Below, one piece after another: positions 47,435 to 57,459 of a DNA stretch of 64,000 nucleotides. This DNA is from Longimicrobiales bacterium (lineage in GTDB: Bacteria; Gemmatimonadota; Gemmatimonadetes; Longimicrobiales; Gaopeijiaceae), in assembly GCA_965249725.1 (NCBI GenBank), contig OZ252251.1, positions 224,001 through 288,000 on the forward strand, read 5' to 3'. The notes under the pieces were generated by a model. The model did no database searches. It saw only the letters and a list, made by a program, of their open reading frames with translations, and was not told the origin of the DNA. The first letter of the stretch is position 1. Each line of letters starts with the position of its first letter. A program made the translations under genes and the position numbers.

Positions 47435-49117
47435 ATGTCCGATCAGAGCCAGCTCGCGGGGCCGGTGCAGCCGGCGAAGTACCAACCGCCACTTCCCGTA
47501 GACGAGATGATCCTGCGGGAGGTGCCTGACGATGAAGCGGTGCCGATGGACGTCATCTTCGTCGGCGGGGGCCCGGCGGGACTCGCGGGGGCCATCGAGT
47601 TGGCCAGGCTCGTGGCGAAGGACAAGGAAGAGGGTGGAGGGCTCGGCGAAGTAGAGATCGGAGTGCTGGAGAAGGCCGGGCAGCTTGGAGAGCATTCTCT
47701 TTCCGGCGCGGTCGTCAATCCAAGTGCCTTCCTGGAGCTCTTCCCGGAGCTCGACATGAGCGACTTCCCGCTCCGAGGGCCGGTCACCAAGGAAGCCGTC
47801 TACTTCCTGACCGAGAGCAAGGCCGTACGGATGCCGATCCCGCCGACGATGAAGAACCACGGCAATCACATGGCGTCGATCTGCGAGATCGTCCGCTGGC
47901 TAGGAGAGAAGGCGGAGGGGCTGGGGGTCAACGTCTTTCCCGGCTTCGCTGTGGGCGGGATGCTCGTTGAGGGCGATCTGGTCATCGGCGTGCGCACCAC
48001 TGCGACAGGGCTGGACCGGGACGGGCAGCCCGGAGGCGGAGACTACATGCCTCCCATGGATCTGACGGCCCAGGTCACCGTTCTCGCAGAGGGTACCCGG
48101 GGACCCCTCACACAGGCGTTCCTGCAGTGGCAGGAGATCCGGTCCGAGAACCCACAGATCTATGCTCTCGGGGTGAAGGAGCTATGGGAGACCGAGAAAC
48201 CCCTCGACCGGGTCATCCACACCATGGGATGGCCGCTTCCGGGTGACGCGTTCGGAGGTAGTTGGATGTACCCACTCGAGGACAACTTGGTCTCGCTGGG
48301 ACTGGTCGTGGGTCTCGACTATCGCGACGCGCGCTTCGACGTGCACGACGTCCTTCAGCGCATGAAGCTCCACCCGCTCTTCAAGCCCTACTTGGAAGGT
48401 GGGGAGATGGTGGAGTGGGGAGCGAAGACTATTCCCGAAGGCGGATACTACTCCGTGCCCTCTCAACGCCATGGGGCGGGCGTGTGCATCGTGGGCGATT
48501 CGGCCGGTTTCGTCGACGTCCCGTCCCTGAAGGGCATCCACTACGCTATGCACTCGGGCATGCTCGCCGCGCGAGCCATCTTCAAGGCGCTCAAGGAGGG
48601 GGATGTGTCCGAGCAGGGCCTCCGTTCCTATACGGATTCGATCGACTCGAGCCGAATCATGAAGGATCTGCTCAAGACGAGGAACGTCCGCCTCGCGTTC
48701 AAGAAGGGTTTCGTGGGCGGCTCCATCCGGGCCGGTCTCATGACCGTGTCGGGTGGCGCGCTGTTGGGTGGCAAGGTCCAGGTTCCGGAGGACGTCGGCG
48801 AAGCCAGGATTCTCGGGGACGGGGGCCCGTCGGTACAGCCCGACGGCAAGCTGACCTTCAGCAAGGTGGACGCGGTCTACAAGGCGGGAAACCAGACCCG
48901 CGACGACGTTCCCAGCCACCTGATCGTCGGACCCGACGTCAGCCCGGAAGCGGCCGAGATGTACACGCACATGTGTCCCGCAGGGGTCTACGAGCGGGAC
49001 GGATCAGAGCTTCGCGTGAACGCCCCGAACTGCATCGACTGCAAGGCGACCGACGTGCTCGGTCCCCGTTGGATGCCCCGCGAGGGAGGGAGTGGGCCGG
49101 CCTACCGACGGATGTAG
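47435..49117 (+). CDS. Electron transfer flavoprotein-ubiquinone oxidoreductase
   Basis: VGGGPAGL, SGAV, GVKELW, HTMGWPL, GAKTIPEGG, KGIHYAM.SG, CPAGVY...NCIDCK, GGSGP.Y..M. Confidence 0.92.
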   Translation: MSDQSQLAGPVQPAKYQPPLPVDEMILREVPDDEAVPMDVIFVGGGPAGLAGAIELARLVAKDKEEGGGLGEVEIGVLEKAGQLGEHSLSGAVVNPSAFLELFPELDMSDFPLRGPVTKEAVYFLTESKAVRMPIPPTMKNHGNHMASICEIVRWLGEKAEGLGVNVFPGFAVGGMLVEGDLVIGVRTTATGLDRDGQPGGGDYMPPMDLTAQVTVLAEGTRGPLTQAFLQWQEIRSENPQIYALGVKELWETEKPLDRVIHTMGWPLPGDAFGGSWMYPLEDNLVSLGLVVGLDYRDARFDVHDVLQRMKLHPLFKPYLEGGEMVEWGAKTIPEGGYYSVPSQRHGAGVCIVGDSAGFVDVPSLKGIHYAMHSGMLAARAIFKALKEGDVSEQGLRSYTDSIDSSRIMKDLLKTRNVRLAFKKGFVGGSIRAGLMTVSGGALLGGKVQVPEDVGEARILGDGGPSVQPDGKLTFSKVDAVYKAGNQTRDDVPSHLIVGPDVSPEAAEMYTHMCPAGVYERDGSELRVNAPNCIDCKATDVLGPRWMPREGGSGPAYRRM

Positions 49118-49144
49118 CGCCGGCTCGGGTGACCCACAGGGCGG

Positions 49145-50005
49145 TCAGTCCGAGATGATCTCCGGGATTCTCATTCCGATCCCGTCGGAGGTGCGGATCA
49201 AACGGGGAAGCACGCTGGGTATCCGACGCCCACGAAAGTCGTCCAGGATGTCGGCGGTCGTAGCGAAGTCCACCATGGCCTCCAGCGTCTTGATGGTGGG
49301 AAAAACCATGGGCAACGAGCCCTCACGGGTTCGCTGCAGCGCCGCGGCCGGAGTGATCCAAATCGCCTCGAGCATCTCCGCGGCGTGGATGGCGGCCTCG
49401 GAGTCGGGTGCGACCGTCGCCGCGAAGAAGCGCGCGTCGTAGCGACGAGGCTCGGCGATTGGTGTGATCCAGTGACCGATGTACTCCACGGCCGTGTCGT
49501 CGATTCGCGCGCCGAGGTCGTCCAAGGCCTCGGCGAAGGAGCAGGCCTCGTCCAGCAGCCGGTCCCGGACCTCGAGGACGTCCGCAGCGGCGGCGCCCGT
49601 GGGCACGGCCTGTCCGTCGGTCCTCCTGCCGACCAAGATGCACGTCTCCTCGAACGCCTCCCTCACGGCAGCCAGGTAGTAGGCGACCGCAGGCGGGTCG
49701 GCGTCGTGGAGGCGCATTCGCTCGGCCGCCCCGTCGGCGGTGAGACCAACGGTCCGGTCCAAGACGGCCGGGTCAGCATCGCCCCCGTCCACCCGGCCCC
49801 CCGGGAACACGTAGGCCCCGGGTACGAAGCCTGCGCTATGGACCCTCTTGAGGAGCAGGATCTGCACACCCTCCGATGCGTCCCGCATGAGCACGACGGT
49901 GGCCGCGGGACGAGGGGTAGCCGGGTTCTCGGGAGGATCGTCGATTCTTTCGGCGATTCCTTCGGGGAGGTGGTCCTCCGAGACGATGAATTCAGAGTCG
50001 TCCAT
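49145..50005 (-). CDS. NUDIX hydrolase
   Basis: PRPAATVVL.R, VFPGG.VD, AAVREAFEE, HWITP..RRYD.RFF. Confidence 0.88.
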   Translation of the reverse strand: MDDSEFIVSEDHLPEGIAERIDDPPENPATPRPAATVVLMRDASEGVQILLLKRVHSAGFVPGAYVFPGGRVDGGDADPAVLDRTVGLTADGAAERMRLHDADPPAVAYYLAAVREAFEETCILVGRRTDGQAVPTGAAAADVLEVRDRLLDEACSFAEALDDLGARIDDTAVEYIGHWITPIAEPRRYDARFFAATVAPDSEAAIHAAEMLEAIWITPAAALQRTREGSLPMVFPTIKTLEAMVDFATTADILDDFRGRRIPSVLPRLIRTSDGIGMRIPEIISD

Positions 50006-50016
50006 CAGAAGGCTGC

Positions 50017-51705
50017 CTAACGACCGACGGCCATCCCGTCCTTTCTGGGATCGGAGCCTGCCGCCCACCCCCGCTCGAGTTTGATGATGGCCTGGGATCC
50101 GCCGAACGACCCGCCACCCTGAACGGAGAGCTCGTGACCCAGTGCCTCTAGCCCGGCTCGAGTGTCCTCCGTGATCGGACTCTCGATCGCGACGCTATAT
50201 CCCGACAGGTGACGGAAGCGTGGAGCATCGATCGCGTCCTGGAGGTCCATGCCAAAGACCAGGAGGTTCAGCAGCAGTTGCGTGTGACCCTGGGGCTGCA
50301 TCGCTCCGCCCATGAGACCGAACGTCATCCAGGGAGCGCCTGCCTTCGTGACGAAGCCGGGAATCAGCGTATGGAAGGGCCGTTTACTTGGCCCGGCCTG
50401 GTTTGGATGTCCGTCCTCCAGCGTGAAGCCGCCTCCGCGGTTCTGGAGCGCGAACCCGGTGCCGGGAACCACCACCCCCGAGCCGAAGGCCGAGTAGTTG
50501 CTGTTGATGAATGAGATCATGTTCCCGTCGGAATCGGTGGCCGACAGGTAGATGGTCTCCGTATCCGTAACAGCGGGCCCCGGCTGGACCCTCTCAGTCG
50601 CCCGGTCCGGGTCGATGAGGGCCCGACGGGCCGTCAGGTAGTCGTCATCCAGGAGCTTCTCCACCGGCACGTCCATGTGGTCCCGGTCTGCCACGTACCG
50701 CGCCAGATCCGCGAACGCGAGTTTCTTGGCTTCGATCAGGTGATGCAGGTAGGGGGCGGAGTTGTGGCCCATGCCCTCGAGGTCCAGCGGCTCCATCATC
50801 TTCATCATCTGTAGCACCGCCACACCCTGCCCCGCCGGGGGGAGCTCCCAGATCGTGTAGCCACGGAAGTCGATCGAGATGGGATCGACCCAGACCGCCT
50901 CATGGTTGCGAAGATCCTCGAGTGTCAGGTAGCCCCCGAGGTCGGCGAGACCATCGACGACGGTCCGGCCCAACTCGCCTCCGTAGAACGCATCGGGGCC
51001 CTGATCCGCGAGTATGCGGAAACTGTTGGCGAGGTCGGGATTCCTGAACCAATCACCGGCCTGAGGTCCCTTTCCTGCGTCATTGAGGTATGTGGCCCGG
51101 GCGCCCTCGTTCCGGGCGAGCTTCTCCTCCTCGGCGCGCCACTGTGCGGCGATGATTGATGTGACCGGAAAGCCCTCTTCTGCGATCCGAATCGCGGGAG
51201 CCAGCACTTCGGCCAGGGACATGGTGCCGTACCGCTCCAGGAGCGCGACCCATCCGGAGATGGCTCCCGGTACGGTCACCGCTTCGGCCCCGCTCCCGGG
51301 CATCCGTTCGTGCCCTTTGGCGCGAAGCGCCTCGGGGGTGAGGAGCGAGCCGGATCGTCCGCTCGCGTCCAAGCCCACGAGTTCCTGATCTCTCGCCGAC
51401 CACAAGATGGCGAACATGTCGCCGCCGATTCCGGTCATGTGGGGCTCGGTCAGGTTGAGGACCGCCGCTGCCGCCACGGCCGCGTCGACCGCGTTCCCAC
51501 CCTGCTGCAGGATCTCCAGCCCCGCACCACTCGCCAGCGGCTGACTGGTGGCGATGGCCGCTGTTGGTGCGTAGACGGTGGATCTGCCAGCCATGCTGTT
51601 CGGGCTCACCTGGGCGTACGCCGAACCCGCGAGCACGAGGGCCGCGAGGCACCCGGCGCCGAGCGCGACGGACCCCCCGCCGAGCACTTGTCGGACACGG
51701 GACAT
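50017..51705 (-). CDS. ggt: Gamma-glutamyltransferase
   Basis: GGNAVDAAVA, GIGGD.F, TVPG, ETIYL (nucleophile Thr), LQNRG, KRPFHT, MGG.MQPQGH, DPRKDG. Confidence 0.93.
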   Translation of the reverse strand: MSRVRQVLGGGSVALGAGCLAALVLAGSAYAQVSPNSMAGRSTVYAPTAAIATSQPLASGAGLEILQQGGNAVDAAVAAAAVLNLTEPHMTGIGGDMFAILWSARDQELVGLDASGRSGSLLTPEALRAKGHERMPGSGAEAVTVPGAISGWVALLERYGTMSLAEVLAPAIRIAEEGFPVTSIIAAQWRAEEEKLARNEGARATYLNDAGKGPQAGDWFRNPDLANSFRILADQGPDAFYGGELGRTVVDGLADLGGYLTLEDLRNHEAVWVDPISIDFRGYTIWELPPAGQGVAVLQMMKMMEPLDLEGMGHNSAPYLHHLIEAKKLAFADLARYVADRDHMDVPVEKLLDDDYLTARRALIDPDRATERVQPGPAVTDTETIYLSATDSDGNMISFINSNYSAFGSGVVVPGTGFALQNRGGGFTLEDGHPNQAGPSKRPFHTLIPGFVTKAGAPWMTFGLMGGAMQPQGHTQLLLNLLVFGMDLQDAIDAPRFRHLSGYSVAIESPITEDTRAGLEALGHELSVQGGGSFGGSQAIIKLERGWAAGSDPRKDGMAVGR

Positions 51706-51750
51706 ATGCTTGACTCCTTGATCATGGCGTGGGATGGCAAGGTCTGACCC

Positions 51751-52371
51751 TCAGCTCGGCAGACCCGGCTCGAGGATCTCGACTTCTCCACTGAACAGCT
51801 CCTTGAGCCGCTCCGCGTCCTCTCTCGTACCGACCGGTCCACCCCAGTGGACCGGGATCACGAGCTGAGCCTTGCAGGCCTCGGCTGCCCGGGCCGCGTC
51901 CTCCGGACCCATCGTGTAGTGGCCCTCACACGGAAGGAAGGCCACGTCGCACCGGATCTGGTTCATGGCGTCGAGATAGTCGGTGTCTCCGGAGTGGTAG
52001 TACGTAATGCCCTCGACGGTGAACACGTATCCAAGCCAGGCGCTCTCAGCGGGGTGGAACTTCTTGCCACGGTTATACGCCGGTACGGCCAGGATCTCGA
52101 TGCCGTCCAGGTGAATCATGTCGCCGGGGCGCATGAGATGGTCCACATCCGCGAGCTGCTTTCGCATGGATGCCGGTGCAACGACGATGGTGTCGGGCCC
52201 TCGCACACGTGCGATATCGTCTTCGGAGAAATTGTCGAAGTGGGGATGGGTGACGAGGATGTAGTCCGCACTACTCTCTTCAGAAATCCCCCAGGGATCG
52301 ACGTGCAACTCGATCCCGCCCCGGCGAATCCGAACCGACGATTGCCTGAACCAGGTGATGCCTTCGAGCAT
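51751..52371 (-). CDS. MBL-fold metallo-hydrolase
   Basis: VDP, THPHFDN, VPAYN, YHSGDT, IPVHW. Confidence 0.85.
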   Translation of the reverse strand: MLEGITWFRQSSVRIRRGGIELHVDPWGISEESSADYILVTHPHFDNFSEDDIARVRGPDTIVVAPASMRKQLADVDHLMRPGDMIHLDGIEILAVPAYNRGKKFHPAESAWLGYVFTVEGITYYHSGDTDYLDAMNQIRCDVAFLPCEGHYTMGPEDAARAAEACKAQLVIPVHWGGPVGTREDAERLKELFSGEVEILEPGLPS

Positions 52372-52563
52372 TGCTGAGACCCGGAAGAAGAGCGTGACTT
52401 GGCGGGTGGGAGAAGCTAAGCGCTCAAATGGTGCCAAAAAAGGCCGTCATTATGACAGGTAGACTGCAACTCCGGCATGTTTTCGAGCGCAGGGTCTGGC
52501 AGGATTCATGCAAGGGCGGTCAATTCCGGAGTTGGTTCGGGTTTCAAGTCGAAATGAGGAATC

Positions 52564-55257
52564 ATGGGTGAGCGATACACACTTCCGGTCCTGCCGCTGC
52601 GCGACACGGTGGTCTATCCCGGAGTAGCGGTTCCGATCTCCGCAGGACGCGCCGGTACGGTGGAGGCGGTGCAAGATGCTCTCGACGGCGACCGCCGACT
52701 GTTCGCGGTAGCTCAGCGTGAGAACGTGGACGACCCCGTCCCCGATGTGCTCTATACCGTCGGAACGGTTGTGCGGATCATCCAGACCCACAGGGTGCGC
52801 GGCGGCGTGCAGCTGCTCGTGCAGGGTGAGGGTCGAGCGCAGGCCATCTCCTACCAGTCCGATGGTGAGGAGATGCTTCGGGCCGTTCTTCTGGAGATGG
52901 ACCGGCAAGAGGCCACCGACGCCGAGGACCCGGCCTTCTTGGCGCTCAACCAAGAACTGCGGGAGCGTGCGGCCGAGCTCGGGACCCGGCGTGGAGTGCC
53001 GGCCGAGGCGCTCAATCAGCTCATCCAAGGAGTCGACGAGCCGGGTGCCTTTGCCGATCTGGTGGCCTTCTATCTAGAGCTGCCGACCGAGGACAAGCAG
53101 GCCCTGCTCGAGACGCTGGACGACGAGGAGCGCATGCGTGCCGCCCTGGTTGCGGTGGAGCGAGAGTTGGCGCGACTGGACGCTCAGGAGGAGATCCAGG
53201 CGAAAGTCCAGGAGGAACTGGGCGAGCGGCAGCGCGAGATGTTGCTGAGAGAGCAGCTCAAGCAGATCCAAAGGGAGCTCGGGGACGAGGATGAGCGGGA
53301 CGATGTCGAGGAGCTTCGGGAGCGCGTCGAGGCCCTCGAGCTGAATGAGGAGCAGCTCGCCGAGGTGGAGCGCGAGCTGAGAAGGCTGGAGCGGACGAGT
53401 CCCCAGTCGGCCGAGTATCAGGTCATCCGGACCTTCTTGGAGTGGGTGACGGAGCTGCCGTGGAACGTCCGATCGGAAGACAAGATCGACCTTACGCTGT
53501 CCGAGGAGATTCTCGAGGAGGACCACTACGGACTCGAAGACGTAAAGGACCGGGTCCTGGAGTTCCTGGCCGTTCGCAAGCTGCAGCTCGAGCGCTTCGA
53601 AGAGGATGCGGCCGAGGAGGCAGCGGTGACGGCGGAGGCCGAGGCGGCCAAGGCCGAAGCGGTTGAAACCGATGTCGGCGAGAACGATGTCGCCGTTCCC
53701 GACAGCGATGTCGAGGCTGCGGACGGGTCCAACGGCGCTGCTGAGCCGGTCGAGGAAGACGCGGAGCCCGTCACCGACACGGGCCCTGTGGGGGGTCGAG
53801 GACCGATTCTCCTGTTCGTAGGTCCTCCCGGTGTCGGTAAGACCAGCATCGCCCAGTCGATCGCTCGTTCCTTGGGACGGGAGTACGTACGGATATCGCT
53901 GGGTGGCGCTCGGGACGAGGCGGATATCCGTGGTCACCGGCGGACCTACGTCGGTGCCATGCCCGGCCGGATTATCCAGGGCATGCGACAGGCGAAGTCG
54001 AAGAACCCCGTCTTCCTCCTGGATGAGGTGGACAAGCTGGGGGTGTCGTTTCAGGGAGACCCCAGCTCCGCCCTCCTCGAGGTGCTGGATCCGGCTCAGA
54101 ACTCGAGCTTCACCGACCATTACTTAGGGATTCCGTTCGATCTCTCCGAGGTGCTGTTCGTCGCCACCGCCAACTACGCGGACCGGATTCCGGCTCCTCT
54201 CTATGATCGCATGGAGAAAGTCGACTTCTCCGGGTACACCGAGGCCGAGAAGCTCGAGATTGCCAAGCGCTATCTGCTGCCTCGTCAGGAAACGGAGAAC
54301 GGCCTGAGGGAAGGTGAGCTGCTGCTGGACGACACTGTCGTCTTGGCGGTCATTCAGGAGTACACTCGCGAGGCGGGTGTGCGGCAGTTGGAAAGGGTGC
54401 TGGGCAAGCTCGGTCGCAAGGTGGCCCGGAAGATCGCCGCCGGTGAGGTGGAGAGCCTTGACGTGACGCGAGACGTCATTCGCGAACTGATCGGGCGACC
54501 CCGGGTGCATCCCGAGCAGATGGCCGCCGACGACGCGGTGGGGGTGGCAACCGGCATGTTCTATACGCCCATGGGCGGGGACATCATGTTCGTGGAGGCC
54601 AGCGTGATGCCCGGCGAGGGTGGGTTAGTCCTCACCGGTCAACTCGGCGATGTGATGAAGGAGTCCGGCCGGGCTGCCTGGAGCTTCGCCAGGAGCAACT
54701 TCGAGCGCCTCGGCATCGCGGAGGACAGGCTCAAGGGCCGTGAGGTGCACATCCATGTGCCGGCCGGGGCGGTTCCCAAAGACGGGCCGTCCGCCGGGAT
54801 CACGATGGCGTGCGCGCTGGTGTCCGCGCTCTCGGGCGAGAAGGCCCGCAGCGACGTCGCCATGACCGGCGAGTTGACCCTCACTGGGCGTGTTCTGCCG
54901 ATCGGAGGGGTCAAGGAGAAACTGCTCGGCGCCATCCGGGCGGGGATCAGCGAGATCATTCTGCCGGCTGACAACGAGGCCGATCTGGACGACCTGCGAA
55001 CGGAGGTGAGGGAGAAGCTGACGATTCATCTGGTGGAGGATCTCGATGAGGTGATCGCCATCGCTCTGACCGATGCCGACAGCCCCTCGGCCAAGAAAGC
55101 CGCGAAGTCGGCTGGCAAGACGCCCGTGGCCAAGAAGCCGGCCGCAAGGAAGTCGACTGCCAAGGCGCCGACCACGAGGAAGCCGGTCGCCAAGAAGTCA
55201 GGTGCCAAGAAGCCGGCGGCGAAGAGGCGCCAGCCTAAGCCTCAGGCCAATACGTAG
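52564..55257 (+). CDS. lon: ATP-dependent Lon protease
   Basis: LPVLPLRD, DHYGL, GPPGVGKT, RGHRRTYVGAMPG, KDGPSAG (catalytic Ser), GGVKEK (Lys). Confidence 0.96.
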   Translation: MGERYTLPVLPLRDTVVYPGVAVPISAGRAGTVEAVQDALDGDRRLFAVAQRENVDDPVPDVLYTVGTVVRIIQTHRVRGGVQLLVQGEGRAQAISYQSDGEEMLRAVLLEMDRQEATDAEDPAFLALNQELRERAAELGTRRGVPAEALNQLIQGVDEPGAFADLVAFYLELPTEDKQALLETLDDEERMRAALVAVERELARLDAQEEIQAKVQEELGERQREMLLREQLKQIQRELGDEDERDDVEELRERVEALELNEEQLAEVERELRRLERTSPQSAEYQVIRTFLEWVTELPWNVRSEDKIDLTLSEEILEEDHYGLEDVKDRVLEFLAVRKLQLERFEEDAAEEAAVTAEAEAAKAEAVETDVGENDVAVPDSDVEAADGSNGAAEPVEEDAEPVTDTGPVGGRGPILLFVGPPGVGKTSIAQSIARSLGREYVRISLGGARDEADIRGHRRTYVGAMPGRIIQGMRQAKSKNPVFLLDEVDKLGVSFQGDPSSALLEVLDPAQNSSFTDHYLGIPFDLSEVLFVATANYADRIPAPLYDRMEKVDFSGYTEAEKLEIAKRYLLPRQETENGLREGELLLDDTVVLAVIQEYTREAGVRQLERVLGKLGRKVARKIAAGEVESLDVTRDVIRELIGRPRVHPEQMAADDAVGVATGMFYTPMGGDIMFVEASVMPGEGGLVLTGQLGDVMKESGRAAWSFARSNFERLGIAEDRLKGREVHIHVPAGAVPKDGPSAGITMACALVSALSGEKARSDVAMTGELTLTGRVLPIGGVKEKLLGAIRAGISEIILPADNEADLDDLRTEVREKLTIHLVEDLDEVIAIALTDADSPSAKKAAKSAGKTPVAKKPAARKSTAKAPTTRKPVAKKSGAKKPAAKRRQPKPQANT

Positions 55258-55275
55258 GGACTCTCGCTAGGAAGG

Positions 55276-56334
55276 CTAGAGGATCTTGATCGTTCCGGGT
55301 GCCCCTGCCGTGACACGGCCGATGACCGTGGCGGCGGGGGCATTTTTCGACAGGTCGTCTAGTAGCCTCTGAGCGCGATCCTGCGGTACCGAAATGAGCA
55401 TGCCACCCGACGTCTGGGCGTCGCTTAGCGTGAGGCGAAGCGCCTCGTCATGGCCCCCGAAATCGACGCGATCTCCCAGATCCTCCAGGTTGCGCCTCGT
55501 CCCGCTCGGAACGTGCCCGTCGGCGATGAGTCGCTCGACCCCCGGAAGGACCGGAACCGACGACGCGTCGATCTCGGCCGCTGCGCCGGACTGCGTGAGC
55601 ATGTTGGCGAGGTGCCCCAGCAGGCCGTAGCCGGACACGTCGGTCGCGGCCACGACACCGGCCTCGGCCATCGCCTCGGCTGCTTCGCGATTGAGAGTGG
55701 TCATGCTGGCCACTGCCGCGTTCACTTCATCGGGAGTGGCCGCCTCGGCCTTGATGGCGGTGGCGACGATGCCGGTACCAATGGGCTTGGTCAGCACGAT
55801 CGAGTCTCCGACTCGCGCCTTGGCGTTGGTCACCACGGCCTCCTCCCGGGCCTCACCCACCACGACCATGCCGTACTTCGGCTCGGGGTCGTCGACCGAG
55901 TGACCCCCCATTACGGGGATGCCCGCCTCGCGGGCGATGTCCGACCCTCCCCGGATGATCTCGTCCACGATGCCCTCGTTCAGGAGGTCCCGGGGGAAGG
56001 CGAGTAGGTTCAGCGCGAAGAGAGGACGGGCACCCATCGCGTAGATGTCCGACAGCGCGTTGGTCGCGGCGATCCTCCCGAAATCGTACGGGTCGTCGAC
56101 CAGGGGCGTGAAAAAGTCCAGTGTCACCACGAGGGCACGACCGTCGCCGAGTGAATACACGGCGGCGTCGTCGCTGGTGGAAGCGTCCACCAGCGCTTCA
56201 GCGCTCTCGATGGGGACCAGGTGACGCAGAACCTGCGCCAGCTCGGACATGCCGAGCTTACTGGCTCAGCCGGCTCCGTGAGCCAGTGTGGTCAGCCGGA
56301 TCCTGGGCCTTTCATCCCTGGGTTCGTCGGACAT
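55276..56334 (-). CDS. selD: Selenophosphate synthetase, selenoprotein form (UGA = Sec23)
   Basis: MSDEPRDERPRIRLTTLAHGAG-UGA-ASKLG... in frame with DDAAV, DFFTP, NALSD.YAMG, GGHS, TDVSGYGLLGH, DAQTSGG; UGA at 56266-56268 occupies the catalytic Cys/Sec-x-x-K site. Confidence 0.92.
56222..56240 (-). promoter_or_regulatory. Putative bacterial SECIS hairpin
   Basis: UGGCGCAG-GUU-CUGCGUCA, with its loop ~34 nt downstream of the UGA and starting with G. Confidence 0.65.
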
Positions 56335-56453
56335 ATGCCTCACGACATGGCATCCGCCGCGGCGGAGTCGGGTTTGACGGTGCGATCCACGGATCGATGA
56401 TGCGGCCAATGTAGACGGGGGCGCTTGCGCGGGAAACTCAGTAGATTCCTGCC

Positions 56454-57452
56454 ATGAGCGCTCCGACCCGATCCGCCCGAGGCCTTCTCCGAGAGGCCGT
56501 CCAGAAGTCGGAGCGTGATCTCGAGCTCGGACGGGCCGTCCTCTATATCGCCATGGAGGAGTATCCACAGCTTCCCGTCGAGCGCTACATGACGCGGCTC
56601 GATTCCCTCGCGGAGTCGGCGAAGGACAGACTCGATGACGAGACGGCGGGCCCGGTCGTACTGCGTGAGTTGATCCATACGCTCTATGAGCGTGAGGAAT
56701 TCCGTGGGAACAAGGACGCCTATCATGATCCCAGAAACTCGTATCTCAACGACGTATTGGATCGCCGAGTCGGTATTCCGCTGACTTTGGGAATCGTGCT
56801 TCTGGAGGTGGGATGGCGTCTGGGCCTGCCTCTGGAAGGCGTCAACTTTCCGGGTCGCTTCTTGGTCCGATACCGGGGCACCTCGGAGCACCTCCTCGTG
56901 GATCCGTTCGACAACGGGCGGATCCGGTTCGAGGACGAGGCCCAGGAGCTCCTGGATCAAGTGTACGGAGGCATGGTCCGGATGCAGGAGCAGTTCCTCA
57001 GGTCGGCGACTAAGCGGGACATGATCCAACGCCTTCTGGTCGACCTCAAGGGCCTTTATCTGAACGTACACGACGACGAACGGGCTCTGGCCGTCATCGA
57101 GCGGTTGTTGTTGTTGAGACCGGACTCCCCCGGTGAACGGCGGGACCGGGGCATGCTCCTCGTCAAGCTAGGTCGGGCGAGTGAGGCCAAGGCGCAGCTC
57201 GAGGAATACCTGGAGTACGCTCCCCAGGCCGCCGACGCGGCGCGCATTCGTTCGCTGGTGCGACGGTTGGAGAGAGACGGCGAGGCCGCCTCGCTCGCCG
57301 GGGGTGACGATGTGATCGATGACGTGGTAGGAGACTCGGCGGGAGGCTCGGCGGGAGACTCGGCGGGAGACTCGGCGGGAGGCTCGGCGGGAGGCTTGGC
57401 GGATGACGCGGGGGACGATTCGGTGGGCGACGCGATCGACGGCCAGGATTGA
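56454..57452 (+). CDS. SirB1/transglutaminase-like protein with TPR
   Basis: FRGN..Y.DPRNSYLNDVLDRR.GIP, GVNFPG.F, E.RDRG; low-complexity tail. Confidence 0.88.
   Translation: MSAPTRSARGLLREAVQKSERDLELGRAVLYIAMEEYPQLPVERYMTRLDSLAESAKDRLDDETAGPVVLRELIHTLYEREEFRGNKDAYHDPRNSYLNDVLDRRVGIPLTLGIVLLEVGWRLGLPLEGVNFPGRFLVRYRGTSEHLLVDPFDNGRIRFEDEAQELLDQVYGGMVRMQEQFLRSATKRDMIQRLLVDLKGLYLNVHDDERALAVIERLLLLRPDSPGERRDRGMLLVKLGRASEAKAQLEEYLEYAPQAADAARIRSLVRRLERDGEAASLAGGDDVIDDVVGDSAGGSAGDSAGDSAGGSAGGLADDAGDDSVGDAIDGQD
57330..57401 (+). repeat. 12-bp coding tandem repeat, 6 copies (GDSA/GGSA)
   Basis: GGAG(A/G)CTCGGCG repeated in the SirB1 C-terminus. Confidence 0.9.
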
Positions 57453-57459
57453 ACGGCTG

